DNA of 64,000 bases from the NCBI GenBank assembly GCA_965222225.1, contig CBDCTK010000002.1, positions 4,800,001 through 4,864,000 on the forward strand, given 5' to 3'. The position numbers and the translations under genes were made by a program. Position 1 is the stretch's first letter. The number at the start of each line of letters is the position of its first letter. The notes beneath the pieces were generated by a model that saw nothing but the letters and a program-made list of their open reading frames with translations, did no database searches and was not told where the DNA came from. Source of the stretch: Candidatus Poribacteria bacterium (GTDB taxonomy: Bacteria > Poribacteria > WGA-4E > JAJDTR01). Shown here one piece after another: positions 10,819-21,301 of the stretch.

Positions 10819-12477
10819 TCAATCTATCAGATCAGATAGTTGCTTCAACTCAAACAGCGGTCCGCGTCGCAAGATATTTGACAATCGTATTGAGGTATCA
10901 CCTCTTTTAGGCTCCATAGTAGTTCCAGTTTCTCTAAAAACAATATACCCTTTTTGAAAATCTAGAGTCTTAATCCGTAACTTAAATCTTTCTGACGAGA
11001 ACTGACTCAGATCTAACATATATACTTCATATTTGCGTCCTTGCTCCCGTATGTCAGACAGGCTTGCACGAACCAAATGAATAAGCCTCCCATCCATTAG
11101 TTCCCTGATTATACGATATTCATCAGGCTGATCATCTCTGTCCCGAAAGTCGATACGGAAAAAAGTGCAACTATTTTCCTTACAAAATGTCCGAATGTAA
11201 TCGAGGCCTTTGATTCTATTTGACATGCCTTCATTTGAAGCACCGTCCTCCTCTAGTTCCGTGATCTTAATCTCTGCTATCTCACCAGCAGACCTTCCGA
11301 CATCTTGGACACCAACAATCCGAGACTTTTCTCTTGTTCGTGCTTGATTTATTGCGTTGGCACTTAAAGTGAGATAGTCGCGTGGCACTGCTCCAGACGC
11401 GAGAACGAGTCGATCAAGTGCTGTAGAGGAAAAAATATTTGACAGAGTTGAAATTCCAACGCGCTTTGCGTAGCTCAAAAAGACTTGCTCAAGGAAAGCT
11501 TTCGCTCGTGAAGGGGTTTCCAATGTTACACCTAAATCAATGTGATCAGCATCATGCCCGGTTTGTAGTCCAAGGGGTGGCTTTGATTGAAACCAGCGTG
11601 TGAGGTGTCTAATTCCTGCAACTTTAAGCCACGCATCAGAATCACGTACCGCACTGTGGACTAAATCCAAGAGCATAGGCTGTTCTGCACTTGGTAAATA
11701 GTGAAGGTCATCAAGGAAGATATAAAATTGGGTCCCATTTGTATCAGCGAATCGACGAATGACTTTTTGCATGTAGGGTATGAGCTTATTTACTTCATTA
11801 GCGGAGATGTTTTGTTTTGCGTGCAGATTCTCGGTATCGTCTCGTAATTTCGAGATTAAGTTTAGGCTTAGAGGTATGTTCTCTCTTTGTGAATAAAAAA
11901 CTTGCATTTGTTCGCACACATTTAGACAAATCCACACAAAAATTCTCTCCACGGATTCCCTACTATGTGTGTGAATGTTAACCCAAGATGTCAGACAGCC
12001 TTCCCGCTCCACACGTTGTTTTGCCTCGACCATGAGTGCTGTTTTCCCCGTACCTCGCCTGCCAAAAATCAGATGATGCCGAGGTGTGATAGCTGTCAAT
12101 ATGTTCTGGGCTGTATCAGGAACATAAGCTAAACTCGGCTGTGCTTCCGATGTTCGCGCTCTAGCAATTAGAAGGCCGGCAAGTTTTGTGGCTTTAAGAT
12201 TCTGCACTCCATCTTTGAGACGAGTCACTACGTTTTTTGCTTCTCGTTCCAACTTACGCACTACTACAAAACCGTTGAATCCTTTTTGGGAAAGTTCAGG
12301 ATCAAGCGAATTGCCAACCATTGCAGCTTTGTCGAAATCATCTTCAGTGACATACACAACGAAGATACTTTCCTCCGGGTAGTCTTTCCTTTCGATTGAC
12401 TGTATTTCAATTCCGGCTTCAGAAAATTGGTTTTGAATAATAGTCTCTGTGTCCATCGGGAGTTGAAATTGTGTCAT
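10819..12477 (-). CDS. P-loop ATPase, ORC/CDC6-like (STAND-related), with small N-terminal alpha/beta domain
   Basis: Walker A GRRGTGKT, Walker B FYIFLDD, GLQTGHDADHIDL, LVLASGAVPRDYL; ATG at 12477 overlaps the HEPN stop (ATGA). Confidence 0.8.
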   Translation of the reverse strand: MTQFQLPMDTETIIQNQFSEAGIEIQSIERKDYPEESIFVVYVTEDDFDKAAMVGNSLDPELSQKGFNGFVVVRKLEREAKNVVTRLKDGVQNLKATKLAGLLIARARTSEAQPSLAYVPDTAQNILTAITPRHHLIFGRRGTGKTALMVEAKQRVEREGCLTSWVNIHTHSRESVERIFVWICLNVCEQMQVFYSQRENIPLSLNLISKLRDDTENLHAKQNISANEVNKLIPYMQKVIRRFADTNGTQFYIFLDDLHYLPSAEQPMLLDLVHSAVRDSDAWLKVAGIRHLTRWFQSKPPLGLQTGHDADHIDLGVTLETPSRAKAFLEQVFLSYAKRVGISTLSNIFSSTALDRLVLASGAVPRDYLTLSANAINQARTREKSRIVGVQDVGRSAGEIAEIKITELEEDGASNEGMSNRIKGLDYIRTFCKENSCTFFRIDFRDRDDQPDEYRIIRELMDGRLIHLVRASLSDIREQGRKYEVYMLDLSQFSSERFKLRIKTLDFQKGYIVFRETGTTMEPKRGDTSIRLSNILRRGPLFELKQLSDLID

Positions 12478-12998
12478 AATATGCACCCATTGCTTCGTAG
12501 GTTAGTACGAGTTGTGAATAGGAATAGGTCTGCATCCTTTTTGAGCTGAAGGGCATCGGGCTTCCACGCCGTGTTCGATTTTGGATATGGTTCATAATCC
12601 GCACGATTCCTAAGATCGCGGGCGTCTTTTAACATATTCTGCCAGTTGTGACCAGAGGGAAAGCCATCTGGTATATACTGTGGAAGCTGGCTGTGCTGTT
12701 CATGATTGTCACCCTGATGATTTACGAACACACACGCTCGCATTGCGTGATACATGGAGTAATAGTATCGACTTATGGCACTTCGATAAAGGGGAGGTTT
12801 AGATTTTAGCAGTTTATTTGCGCTGTGTCGATGTTCATAGGCAAAGTGCCATCGATCTGCAGCAGCCCTGCTTACCAAGTCGGGTATCGCTCGTCCAGAA
12901 TCATTCTGGATGGATACACCTTCTTTCCAACAATTTATCTGTGCATTAGTGGCTCTCGCCAAGCGATTCAGCCGATCATTAGGGAGAACATTTGGCAT
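12474..12998 (-). CDS. HEPN domain protein (UPF0332-like)
   Basis: SRYYYSMYHAMRA, H in EQHSQL, LRNRADY (Rx4Y) motif. Confidence 0.8.
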   Translation of the reverse strand: MPNVLPNDRLNRLARATNAQINCWKEGVSIQNDSGRAIPDLVSRAAADRWHFAYEHRHSANKLLKSKPPLYRSAISRYYYSMYHAMRACVFVNHQGDNHEQHSQLPQYIPDGFPSGHNWQNMLKDARDLRNRADYEPYPKSNTAWKPDALQLKKDADLFLFTTRTNLRSNGCIL

Positions 12999-13138
12999 AG
13001 ATTTACTCCGTCAGTTAAAATCCGCTTCATGCCATTTTCAGAAAGTTTTTTGCCTACAAGCACTGGCATAAGCCGCTAACGATTCAAAATATTTATATCG
13101 CAAATCTCGACATACACGAAATCTTCGCCTATCATAAT

Positions 13139-14260
13139 TTATGTCACACGCTCCACAACTGCATCCGTGATTTGCAATCGATGTGCATAGAGATCTCGTG
13201 CATTTTCAGCAAAAACTCGTTGCTTGAGTTCTGCGGAGATGCCGGGCAAGAGGGTTGCGGGATTGTCCCAATCCCAATGGGGATAATCGCTCGCATAGAC
13301 CAGCACTTCGTCAGCATGCAGCCATTCGAGGAATTTCTTCAGGTCGGCGCGAGTTGGCGGCTGCTCCATCGGTTGAGTGCCGAAACGGATGTGTCCTCGG
13401 ATGTATTCGCTCGGTAGCCTTTTGACCCAAGGCGTGTAATCTCGCACCGACTTCCAATCCGCATCCATATGCCACATCAGCCCCGGCACCCAGAATGTGT
13501 CGTGCTCAACAAAAAGGAATTTCAAGCGCGGGAACTTCTCAAATACTCCCTCACAGATTAAACTGACGACGTGAGCCATCGCAATCTGCGGCCGTGACAT
13601 ACGCATCTCAAGATAATAGGAAGGGTAACCGGCAGCGGTAGGCGCGTTGGACACTCCCGATCCTTCGGCTCCGAAGTGCACGCACACGGGGAGTCCGTGT
13701 TCTTCAGCCGCTTCGTAAATCGGGTGGTAAAACCGGTTGCCGAAAGGCATTCGAGCGCCTGCCGGCATGATTACCTCAAACACGCTGGGATTGTCGCCTA
13801 ACCTATGAATCTCCTCTGCCGCCTGGCGCGGGTCTGTCGGCGCAATCGCAATCGACGCCCTGAACCGTGAGTCCGCCTCAATCCACGTGTTCAATGTCCA
13901 GTCGTTAAACGCACGGCACATTGCAGTCGCATAATCCGAATCGGGATGAACCGCGGCACCATAAACTGTGGCTCCCGTCAACACGGCGATATCGATTCCG
14001 TACGCGTCGAGATGCACCTGTCGAGTTTGTTCGATATTCGCCTGCGGATCTTTACCCTCGGCTTCCCACAACTCCGCACGCCTGCCCTTTTGCGGCAAGT
14101 TAGTATAACCGACCCCGGGCATCATAATGCCAAAGTCTTCGATATACTCCACATAATGCGTTGGAAGGTACGGATATAGGTCTTTGACGCTTGAGACCTC
14201 ATGGTGAACATCACAATCAATAATGTTGATAGCAGTACCGAGGCGTTGCGGGGTTGTCAT
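13139..14260 (-). CDS. Amidohydrolase_2 family protein
   Basis: IIDCDVH, CRAFNDW, EGVFEKFPRLK, ASDYPHWD. Confidence 0.92.
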   Translation of the reverse strand: MTTPQRLGTAINIIDCDVHHEVSSVKDLYPYLPTHYVEYIEDFGIMMPGVGYTNLPQKGRRAELWEAEGKDPQANIEQTRQVHLDAYGIDIAVLTGATVYGAAVHPDSDYATAMCRAFNDWTLNTWIEADSRFRASIAIAPTDPRQAAEEIHRLGDNPSVFEVIMPAGARMPFGNRFYHPIYEAAEEHGLPVCVHFGAEGSGVSNAPTAAGYPSYYLEMRMSRPQIAMAHVVSLICEGVFEKFPRLKFLFVEHDTFWVPGLMWHMDADWKSVRDYTPWVKRLPSEYIRGHIRFGTQPMEQPPTRADLKKFLEWLHADEVLVYASDYPHWDWDNPATLLPGISAELKQRVFAENARDLYAHRLQITDAVVERVT

Positions 14261-14599
14261 CCTAATCTCCTTCCACGTCTGTCGACGTGATTGAAATCCG
14301 GGCTGGGTATGCTATTGTACCATTATGGAAAGTCTTTGATCAAACCAATTCCTTGAAGTCAAGCCACAAGCATGCCCTGTTGAAATGGCAACCGCGAAAG
14401 CAGATACAAGACAGCACCGGATGTTATTCTGTAACTGAGATTTTTGTTGCGACTCCCACTTGCCTGTGTTAGAATGAAAATTTGAAAGACCGAATCCCTC
14501 ACTCTTTCCCGTGTTGAACCAGCGTGTAATGACGATGGATTAACCTTTAGCGTGGTGTGGATGATAGTCTCGAATGTTGAATGCGGCGATGCACTCGTT

Positions 14600-15149
14600 C
14601 GATCGTCGAATCGCTTGCGTATGACATCATGCTATCGAGAGGGGGAAACGGGACGATTTGTTATCCACTGTTCTATTACTCGTACGGAAATATGGACCCG
14701 GTGCTCGAAATGCTTGAGCATCCGAGAACGGTGCTTGGCTTGAGCGATGGTGGCGCCCACTGCGGGGTGATAAGCGATGTTTCGATGCCAACGTACATGT
14801 TATAACTCACTGGATAAGAGACCGTAAGCGCGGTCGGCGTATTTCCCTTGAGCAGGCTGTGAAATGTCAGACTAGCGAGACGACGCAAACTTATGGATTA
14901 CTTGACCGCGGCATCCTGAAGCCGGGTTATAAGGCTGACGTTAACGTTATCGACTTCGACAACTTGAAAATCCACGCGCCTCGAATTGTCTATGACCTAC
15001 CGGCGAACGGACGGCGTTTAGTTCAGAATGCCTCCGGATATTCGGCGACAATCTGCAATGGCGAGGTGATTTTTGAAGATGGCGAAGCCACCGGGGCGAT
15101 GCCCGGCCGTGTGTTACGCGGAACTCAAGCAGCACCTAGCCAGAGCTAA
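14600..15149 (+). pseudogene. C-terminal fragment of N-acyl-D-amino-acid deacylase family gene, frameshifted
   Basis: LGLSDGGAHC, then a frameshift near 14805, then DRGILKPGYKADVNVID...PGRVLRG; N-terminal two thirds absent. Confidence 0.8.
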
Positions 15150-15354
15150 ATTCCGACATCTTCTTTCTGATCCGGCTGTCTAGACGACTTCCAAAGCCGG
15201 TCTAGTATGTTGCCAAATCCCTCCTCTGCTTGCTATAGGCTCAAGGTTCAGAGCGACGGTTAGCGGGGAAATAATCTTCAGCGCAAGCAGTAGTCAAAAT
15301 CAATCTTGAAACGAGAAGCTTGAAATACCAACTCTATTCGGAGAAAAGAATCGT

Positions 15355-17298
15355 ATGAGCACACTAATTATCGCGGTGCTGAGTTTTGTGGGATTTATTG
15401 CCGCATACCACACCTACGGTAAATGGTTAGCTAGAAAAATCTTTGGCTTAAACCCGGACCGGACGGTGCCAAGTCAAGAATTACGCGACGATGTCGACTA
15501 CGTACCTACAAAGAAAGAAGTCATCTTCGGACACCATTTTACGAGCATTGCGGGGACAGGGCCCATCGTTGGACCAGCAATTGCGGTCTTCTGGGGATGG
15601 TTACCGGCTTTGCTCTGGGTAGTCCTCGGATCAATCTTCATTGGAGCCGTGCACGACTTTGGTGCACTGGTGGTGTCCCTACGCAATCGCGGGCAAACCG
15701 TGGGCGACATTGCCGGACGGATGATTACACCGCGCGCCAAACTCCTGTTCCTAATCGTCCTATTCATGGCATTGTCCGTGGTCTTAGCCATTTTCGGTCT
15801 AGTCATCGCCATCATCTTCGCCCTTTACCCGGAATCAGTATTGTCAGTGTGGATAGAAATTCCGCTTGCGGTAGGCATCGGTGTCTGGATTTACCGGCGG
15901 AGTGGAAATATCTTGGTGCCATCCATCATTGCACTCGGAATCATGTATCTCGGCATGGGCGTGGGAGCTTATCTTCTTCCGATAGATCTCTCGGCATGGC
16001 TCGGTATCCCACTATTCGGTCAAATCGGTCAAACATTTGTGAATGTGGTGGTCGTTTGGACACTGATTCTGTTTGTCTACTGTTTTATTGCGTCCGTCCT
16101 TCCTGTCTGGACGTTGCTCCAACCTCGTGACTTCATCAACAGTCATGAATTAATTTTGGCACTCGTGCTGCTAGTCTTGGGCATTGTTGTCGCCGGTTTT
16201 ACGGGTGGTGCAGATCTGTTCGCGTCCGCGCCCGCTGTCGCGCCCGACATCCCGCCCGACGCACCTCCGATCTGGCCCTTTCTTTTCATCACAATCGCCT
16301 GTGGCGCGATAAGCGGTTTTCACTGCATGGTAAGTTCCGGCACTTCTAGCAAGCAGGTTGCATCGGAGAAGGACGCCCAATACGTCGGCTACGGCGCAAT
16401 GTTGCTTGAAGGCGGACTCGCCGTAATCGTGATTATCGCCTGCTGCGCGGGAATCGGAATGGGGTTGTTCCAGAGAAGCGGCACAGGAGCAAATTATAGC
16501 TTTCAACCCGTTCTAAACTCCGAAACCGGTCAACAGTTGAGGCATCGAGAAGCCTGGAGGACGCGCTACGCCACAACGCGGACAGTTATCAACGCGAATG
16601 GTGAGACAACAACTGAAGGCACTTGGAAAAGCCATAAACTTGGACAGAAGGTGGGCGCTTTTATCGACGGATCCGCCAATTTCCTTGCCAGTCTCGGAAT
16701 TCCGCTGAAGATGAGTGTGGCAATCATGGCGGTGCTTGTGGCGAGTTTTGCCGCAACAACTCTGGATACGGCGACTCGGCTGCAACGCTATGTGATTCAG
16801 GAGCTCGCACAAACTGCCAAGATTAAACCGTTGACCAATCGTTACCTCGCAACTGCCCTTGCGCTATTCGTTGGCGGCGTTATCGCACTCATGCCAGGAC
16901 CAAGTGGCCCCGGGAGCGGCGGGCTTATCCTCTGGCCCCTGTTCGGCGCAATTAATCAACTGCTCGCTGGATTGGCTTTCATGGTAATCGTCTTCTATCT
17001 GCTACGGCGAAATAAACCAATCTGGTTTGCCGTGCTCCCGATGATAGCCATGCTGGTTATGCCGGCATGGGCAATACTCTGGCAGATGTTTAACCCGAAT
17101 GGCTGGTGGGCACAGAAGAATTACCTGCTGTTTGGGTTTGGCTTGACAGTTGAAGCGCTGCAAGTGTGGATGATTACGGAAGGACTGCTTATCTGGAAAA
17201 AGGCGCGTGGCAATTACCCGGAACTTCCGCCCCTGGAAGCCGTAAGCGCTGCGGGAGGCAGCCCCGCATACGCCCATCCAGCGCAGGAAGGAGATTAG
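15355..17298 (+). CDS. cstA: Carbon starvation protein A (peptide/pyruvate transporter)
   Basis: GHHFTSIAGTGPIVGP, LLQPRD, IACGAISGFH, TTLDTATRL, LWPLFG. Confidence 0.95.
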   Translation: MSTLIIAVLSFVGFIAAYHTYGKWLARKIFGLNPDRTVPSQELRDDVDYVPTKKEVIFGHHFTSIAGTGPIVGPAIAVFWGWLPALLWVVLGSIFIGAVHDFGALVVSLRNRGQTVGDIAGRMITPRAKLLFLIVLFMALSVVLAIFGLVIAIIFALYPESVLSVWIEIPLAVGIGVWIYRRSGNILVPSIIALGIMYLGMGVGAYLLPIDLSAWLGIPLFGQIGQTFVNVVVVWTLILFVYCFIASVLPVWTLLQPRDFINSHELILALVLLVLGIVVAGFTGGADLFASAPAVAPDIPPDAPPIWPFLFITIACGAISGFHCMVSSGTSSKQVASEKDAQYVGYGAMLLEGGLAVIVIIACCAGIGMGLFQRSGTGANYSFQPVLNSETGQQLRHREAWRTRYATTRTVINANGETTTEGTWKSHKLGQKVGAFIDGSANFLASLGIPLKMSVAIMAVLVASFAATTLDTATRLQRYVIQELAQTAKIKPLTNRYLATALALFVGGVIALMPGPSGPGSGGLILWPLFGAINQLLAGLAFMVIVFYLLRRNKPIWFAVLPMIAMLVMPAWAILWQMFNPNGWWAQKNYLLFGFGLTVEALQVWMITEGLLIWKKARGNYPELPPLEAVSAAGGSPAYAHPAQEGD

Positions 17299-17394
17299 GT
17301 AAGACTTCACATTCTTCGAGCCGTGCCAACTCCAGCCAAAGAAATATACCCGGGTACGAAAGATTTTAATTCGTCTCTCGTACCCGCGTAAAAC

Positions 17395-18390
17395 TTATTG
17401 TCGTTTGACCGAAAACACGCCTGCCGGGCAGCAACGCATCACGAGAATTGTCAAGGCGCCGAAAACCAGGTAACGCAGGCTACTGAATTGGATTGGCAAT
17501 AACAGCCGCAAAACCTCGCTCACAAGCCCAATAACTCCCGCCCCGATAATCGCGCCCCTAATGTTGCCCCTCCCGCCAAGCACTACCATGCACAGCACCA
17601 GGATGGATTCCCAAGGGGCAAATGCGTCGGGGTTAATGTTGGCACGAAACTGGGCGAAAAACGCACCGCCAATAGCGCCAATCGCCGCACTGATTGCAAA
17701 TCCAACGAAACAGTAAGACTGTCGCAGTCGTGGTTCTGCATTTTCCGCTACATCCGTACGCTCACCTGAGTCTGTCAAAACAATCCGCGAATTGGACAGA
17801 CGATAAGCAACGAACACCGTGAGAGCTAGAAGGCAAAGAATGTGATAGTAGTGTTGCCAGTTATAGTAAAGTTCATGTCCGAAGATAATTGGTGCAGGAA
17901 TACCGTACACGGTCCCGTCCGCCGCTCCAATGGACTCACCGCCATGTTTCACGAAAACGTAAAGCACTCCGGCAATCGCGAAGGTCGCAACGGCAAAATA
18001 AACCCCTCGAAGCCACAAAGTGAGCGCCGCGCGTAACAGCCCCCACACCGCGCCGTGAATCGCCGCTAGAACCAAGACAATCCAATAATTCCATCCCAAT
18101 TTCGTCATCAATAAACCCGCCGTATATCCGCCAACGAGATAGAACGCGGCAAAGCCAACGTCCGGGCGCCGCAAATTCCCCACCACGAGATTTAGTCCGA
18201 CAGCTAGCAACATATAGAGATACAGTTCTGTCAGCACTCGTAGCACACTGCTGCTGCCAAATGGCAGCGGCAAGTAAATCCCGCGCGTCGATAGCCATTG
18301 CAGAACGAGATCCATGCCGTAGGTCAACAATGGGATAAGAAACACAATTGCCACAAACGTGGCTGTCTTAGGTGATAGTTTGTCGCGCAT
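17395..18390 (-). CDS. Branched-chain amino acid ABC permease (LivM-like), orphan and divergent
   Basis: GLNLVVG, LRGVYFAVAT, MVVLGGRGNIRGAIIGA. Confidence 0.8.
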   Translation of the reverse strand: MRDKLSPKTATFVAIVFLIPLLTYGMDLVLQWLSTRGIYLPLPFGSSSVLRVLTELYLYMLLAVGLNLVVGNLRRPDVGFAAFYLVGGYTAGLLMTKLGWNYWIVLVLAAIHGAVWGLLRAALTLWLRGVYFAVATFAIAGVLYVFVKHGGESIGAADGTVYGIPAPIIFGHELYYNWQHYYHILCLLALTVFVAYRLSNSRIVLTDSGERTDVAENAEPRLRQSYCFVGFAISAAIGAIGGAFFAQFRANINPDAFAPWESILVLCMVVLGGRGNIRGAIIGAGVIGLVSEVLRLLLPIQFSSLRYLVFGALTILVMRCCPAGVFSVKRQ

Positions 18391-18455
18391 AATGATTTTG
18401 GATGGTGCACATCTCGTTCACTGCCAAGAGATGCGTGATGAAATAAGCGGAGGGA

Positions 18456-18494
18456 TTAAGAAACCGAGTCGTCGGAAAAAACTCGGTTTCTTAA
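18456..18494. repeat. 14-bp inverted repeat of the AGAAACCGAGT family; possible terminator
   Basis: ttaagaaaccgagt ... actcggtttcttaa; related copies near 40761 and 47229-47323. Confidence 0.7.
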
Positions 18495-18522
18495 GAGTGT
18501 GAAAAATTTCTGACTTGCCGTT

Positions 18523-20148
18523 CTATTGGACCTGCTTCATTTCCCCGGAGGTGTAGCGGCTCCAATAATCTCTGAGTTTTTCCAGTACCTTGGGCGCAAG
18601 AATGATACTTCCCACGATGTTTGGGAAAGCCATGCTGAGAATCAGCAAGTCTGAAAAAGCGAGCACATCCGATAGTTTATTGACGGCGCCGACGAGAATA
18701 AAGGCAACGAAAACAATCCTGAAGACAATGACAGTCTTCAAACCTGATCCCCCAAAGTGATCCAAGATATAAACCCAACCCCTTTCACCGTAGTAGCACC
18801 AAGAAATCATTGTGGAATAGGCGAAAAGTCCTATACTGATCGTGAGAATATAAGGGAACCAGCCAATAACACTCCCAAACGCTACTGTCGTTAGGGCAAC
18901 ACCAACGTTTTCCTGACCTGCTTGGACAATGCTAGGGTCATTCCAAGCCCCCGTGATGATCACCACTATAGCGGTCATGGAGCATACAATGATGGTATCA
19001 ATGAAGGGGCCAATCATCCCGATGATACCTTCCCGGACGGGTTCATCTGTCTTCGCCGCCGCATGAGCGATAGCCGCGCTGCCGAGCCCTGCCTCGTTGG
19101 AGAAGGAGGCGCGCCTTATTCCCCAAACAAAGACACCCACAATACCACCATAGAAAGCATTATCGGTGAACGCCATACTTAAAATCAGGCCGATAGTTGC
19201 AGGCACCTTCGTTATGTTTGTGAGAATTATAAAGAGTGATGCGATTACGTAGATGCCACACATCGCGGGGACAATTTTTGATGTTGCGGCACCAATGCGT
19301 TTAATTCCACCAATAATCACAACTCCGACCAACACAGCCATCATGACTCCAATAAGCCAGTTATAACTTTCAGGAATTCCGAACGTGCTCCTGAAGGCTT
19401 CGGCAGTCTGGTTAACTTGGAACATGTTACCGCCGCCGATTGCGCCGCCCATAATCATCACCGCATACATCACGGCAAGAACTTTTCCAGTAGGTTTCCA
19501 AAAACCGCCCATCTGTTTCAAACCGAGATCCACATAGTACATCGCGCCGCCGGAAATCGAGCCGTCACTGTTAACTTTGCGGTACATCTGAGACAGAACA
19601 CAGGTACAGAATTTTTCACCCGCCCCGAACACTGCCGCGAAGATCATCCAGAACACCGCGCCTGGACCGCCCAGCTGAATCGCGATAGCGACTCCCGCGA
19701 TATTTCCCAGCCCTACAGTTGCTGATAGCGCACTCGTGAGTGCACGGAAGTGCGAGATTTCTCCAGTGTCCTCGGGTCTATCGAATTTTCCGCGAATCAC
19801 GTCAATTGAATGTTTTAATCCTCGCACCGTAATCCACCGATACCAGAACGTGAAAAAGATACCTCCTAATATAAGCAGCATCACGAGAAATGGAACAGCG
19901 ACAACTCTTTTCTTAGGATTGCCGTCTTCATCGTAAACCGGCGCTCCATCTCGATTGACTTCATCTATCTGAACGGAGCCGAACGCTAAGTCGAAGAACA
20001 GGACGGCGTCAACCTTTTCATTCACCCATGCGAGGAGTGTGGGGTCTTCGTCTCCCTGTGCCCATACGGGCGTAAAACTTGAAATTGTCGACAACACAAG
20101 AATTACAACCATTGTCTTGACGCAAAACAATGAACTATTGCTTTCCAT
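18523..20148 (-). CDS. Alanine/glycine:cation symporter (AGCS)
   Basis: ALSATVGLGNIAGVA, GGPGAVFWM, FSNEAGLGSA, GPFIDTIIVC. Confidence 0.95.
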   Translation of the reverse strand: MESNSSLFCVKTMVVILVLSTISSFTPVWAQGDEDPTLLAWVNEKVDAVLFFDLAFGSVQIDEVNRDGAPVYDEDGNPKKRVVAVPFLVMLLILGGIFFTFWYRWITVRGLKHSIDVIRGKFDRPEDTGEISHFRALTSALSATVGLGNIAGVAIAIQLGGPGAVFWMIFAAVFGAGEKFCTCVLSQMYRKVNSDGSISGGAMYYVDLGLKQMGGFWKPTGKVLAVMYAVMIMGGAIGGGNMFQVNQTAEAFRSTFGIPESYNWLIGVMMAVLVGVVIIGGIKRIGAATSKIVPAMCGIYVIASLFIILTNITKVPATIGLILSMAFTDNAFYGGIVGVFVWGIRRASFSNEAGLGSAAIAHAAAKTDEPVREGIIGMIGPFIDTIIVCSMTAIVVIITGAWNDPSIVQAGQENVGVALTTVAFGSVIGWFPYILTISIGLFAYSTMISWCYYGERGWVYILDHFGGSGLKTVIVFRIVFVAFILVGAVNKLSDVLAFSDLLILSMAFPNIVGSIILAPKVLEKLRDYWSRYTSGEMKQVQ

Positions 20149-20418
20149 ATTTCTCCTCCTGCAATGTAAAATCTTCGCGATTCAACAAAATGGCCAGCAA
20201 AAACGATTGAGGTGATTGTTCATGCTGACAATGAAAAAGAGGGACCAACGATGTTTGAAAAATGTGGAAACTCCGGCTAACATAAGCCATATTGCCTCAC
20301 GGACAAGAATCCGTAAACGCACTCATTTTACACTTCATTATATGCGATGTTAATGTAAGCCACACAACGCTTGGAAAGGCAATTCGAAGATTCAATCAGG
20401 ACAATGACTATGGTCAAG

Positions 20419-21240
20419 TCATCTCTCTTCTACAGCAACAACCTGCCGAAAATCAAACTCAAAATCGACTTTGTGCCGATTTCCTCTGTTATCCGTGATG
20501 CGTACCTCGGGAATGACAACTTTCATATCCGTTGTGTCGATATTGAGTCGATTAAATACCAATAGCCCCATGCGCTTCGCGCCAGGAAAGAGTTTACTTC
20601 CGTCAAATAGGCTGGCACGCGTAAACATGCGGGTGTTATTCAACACACGCGAATCCGGCTGAACATGATACATCTGATACGGTGAGACATAGAAAGGATG
20701 GTAGCGCCGGTGATAAAACGGACGCCGGAAATAGTAGCGATACCGACTGCGGTAGTAAGAGCGCGGATAGGGGTAGTCATGCCAGTAGTCGATGTCGTGA
20801 TAACCGACGGTCTGCGGTGGTTCGTCTCGGTACAGATCTTTGAAGAAATCGTAGGGTAGGGATCCGTACTGTTCACCATGCTCATCGATTAGAATCGCAG
20901 TTTCACCCACTTCCACACGCTTATTGTCCGAGTTTTGCACAGTAATCTCAAAGACGGTATATAGCGGCTCAACGTTTCCCCAACGACTTACACCGATATA
21001 AGGGTTAATCTCCGGACGCTTTGTCAACTCAAACAGTTCAACTTCGTCCAAAGGCTCCACCGTAATCTCCACGCCATGTTGCTCAGTCGTTAATGCTCCG
21101 GTACGCTTATCAACCAGTGTTCCCTCTCTTCCGACTACAGGTTCTATATAGATGTCAACACGCGGCCTCGCAGCGCACGCCGCCAGAAAACTTATTAGCA
21201 GGAAAAGGGGAATGGATTTCCAAGATTCTCGATACATCAT
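20419..21240 (-). CDS. Putative lipoprotein with Tyr/Arg/His-rich insert
   Basis: Lipobox FLAAC; DUF4352-like YTVFEITVQN...AILIDEHGEQY. Confidence 0.7.
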   Translation of the reverse strand: MMYRESWKSIPLFLLISFLAACAARPRVDIYIEPVVGREGTLVDKRTGALTTEQHGVEITVEPLDEVELFELTKRPEINPYIGVSRWGNVEPLYTVFEITVQNSDNKRVEVGETAILIDEHGEQYGSLPYDFFKDLYRDEPPQTVGYHDIDYWHDYPYPRSYYRSRYRYYFRRPFYHRRYHPFYVSPYQMYHVQPDSRVLNNTRMFTRASLFDGSKLFPGAKRMGLLVFNRLNIDTTDMKVVIPEVRITDNRGNRHKVDFEFDFRQVVAVEER

Positions 21241-21301
21241 CGTTTCACTCCTTTTTTATTGAATTGAAAAGCGATGGTATCTGCTTTCGGTAGTGGCACG
21301 G

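Noticed and set aside
13014-13080. Integron attC site
   Set aside because: Core sites are in GTT...AAC order, the reverse of RYYYAAC...GTTRRRY, and there is no IntI or further copies
20149-20300. Glycine riboswitch upstream of the Ala/Gly symporter
   Set aside because: No GGAGA...CCGAAG...CTCTCAGG aptamer core found
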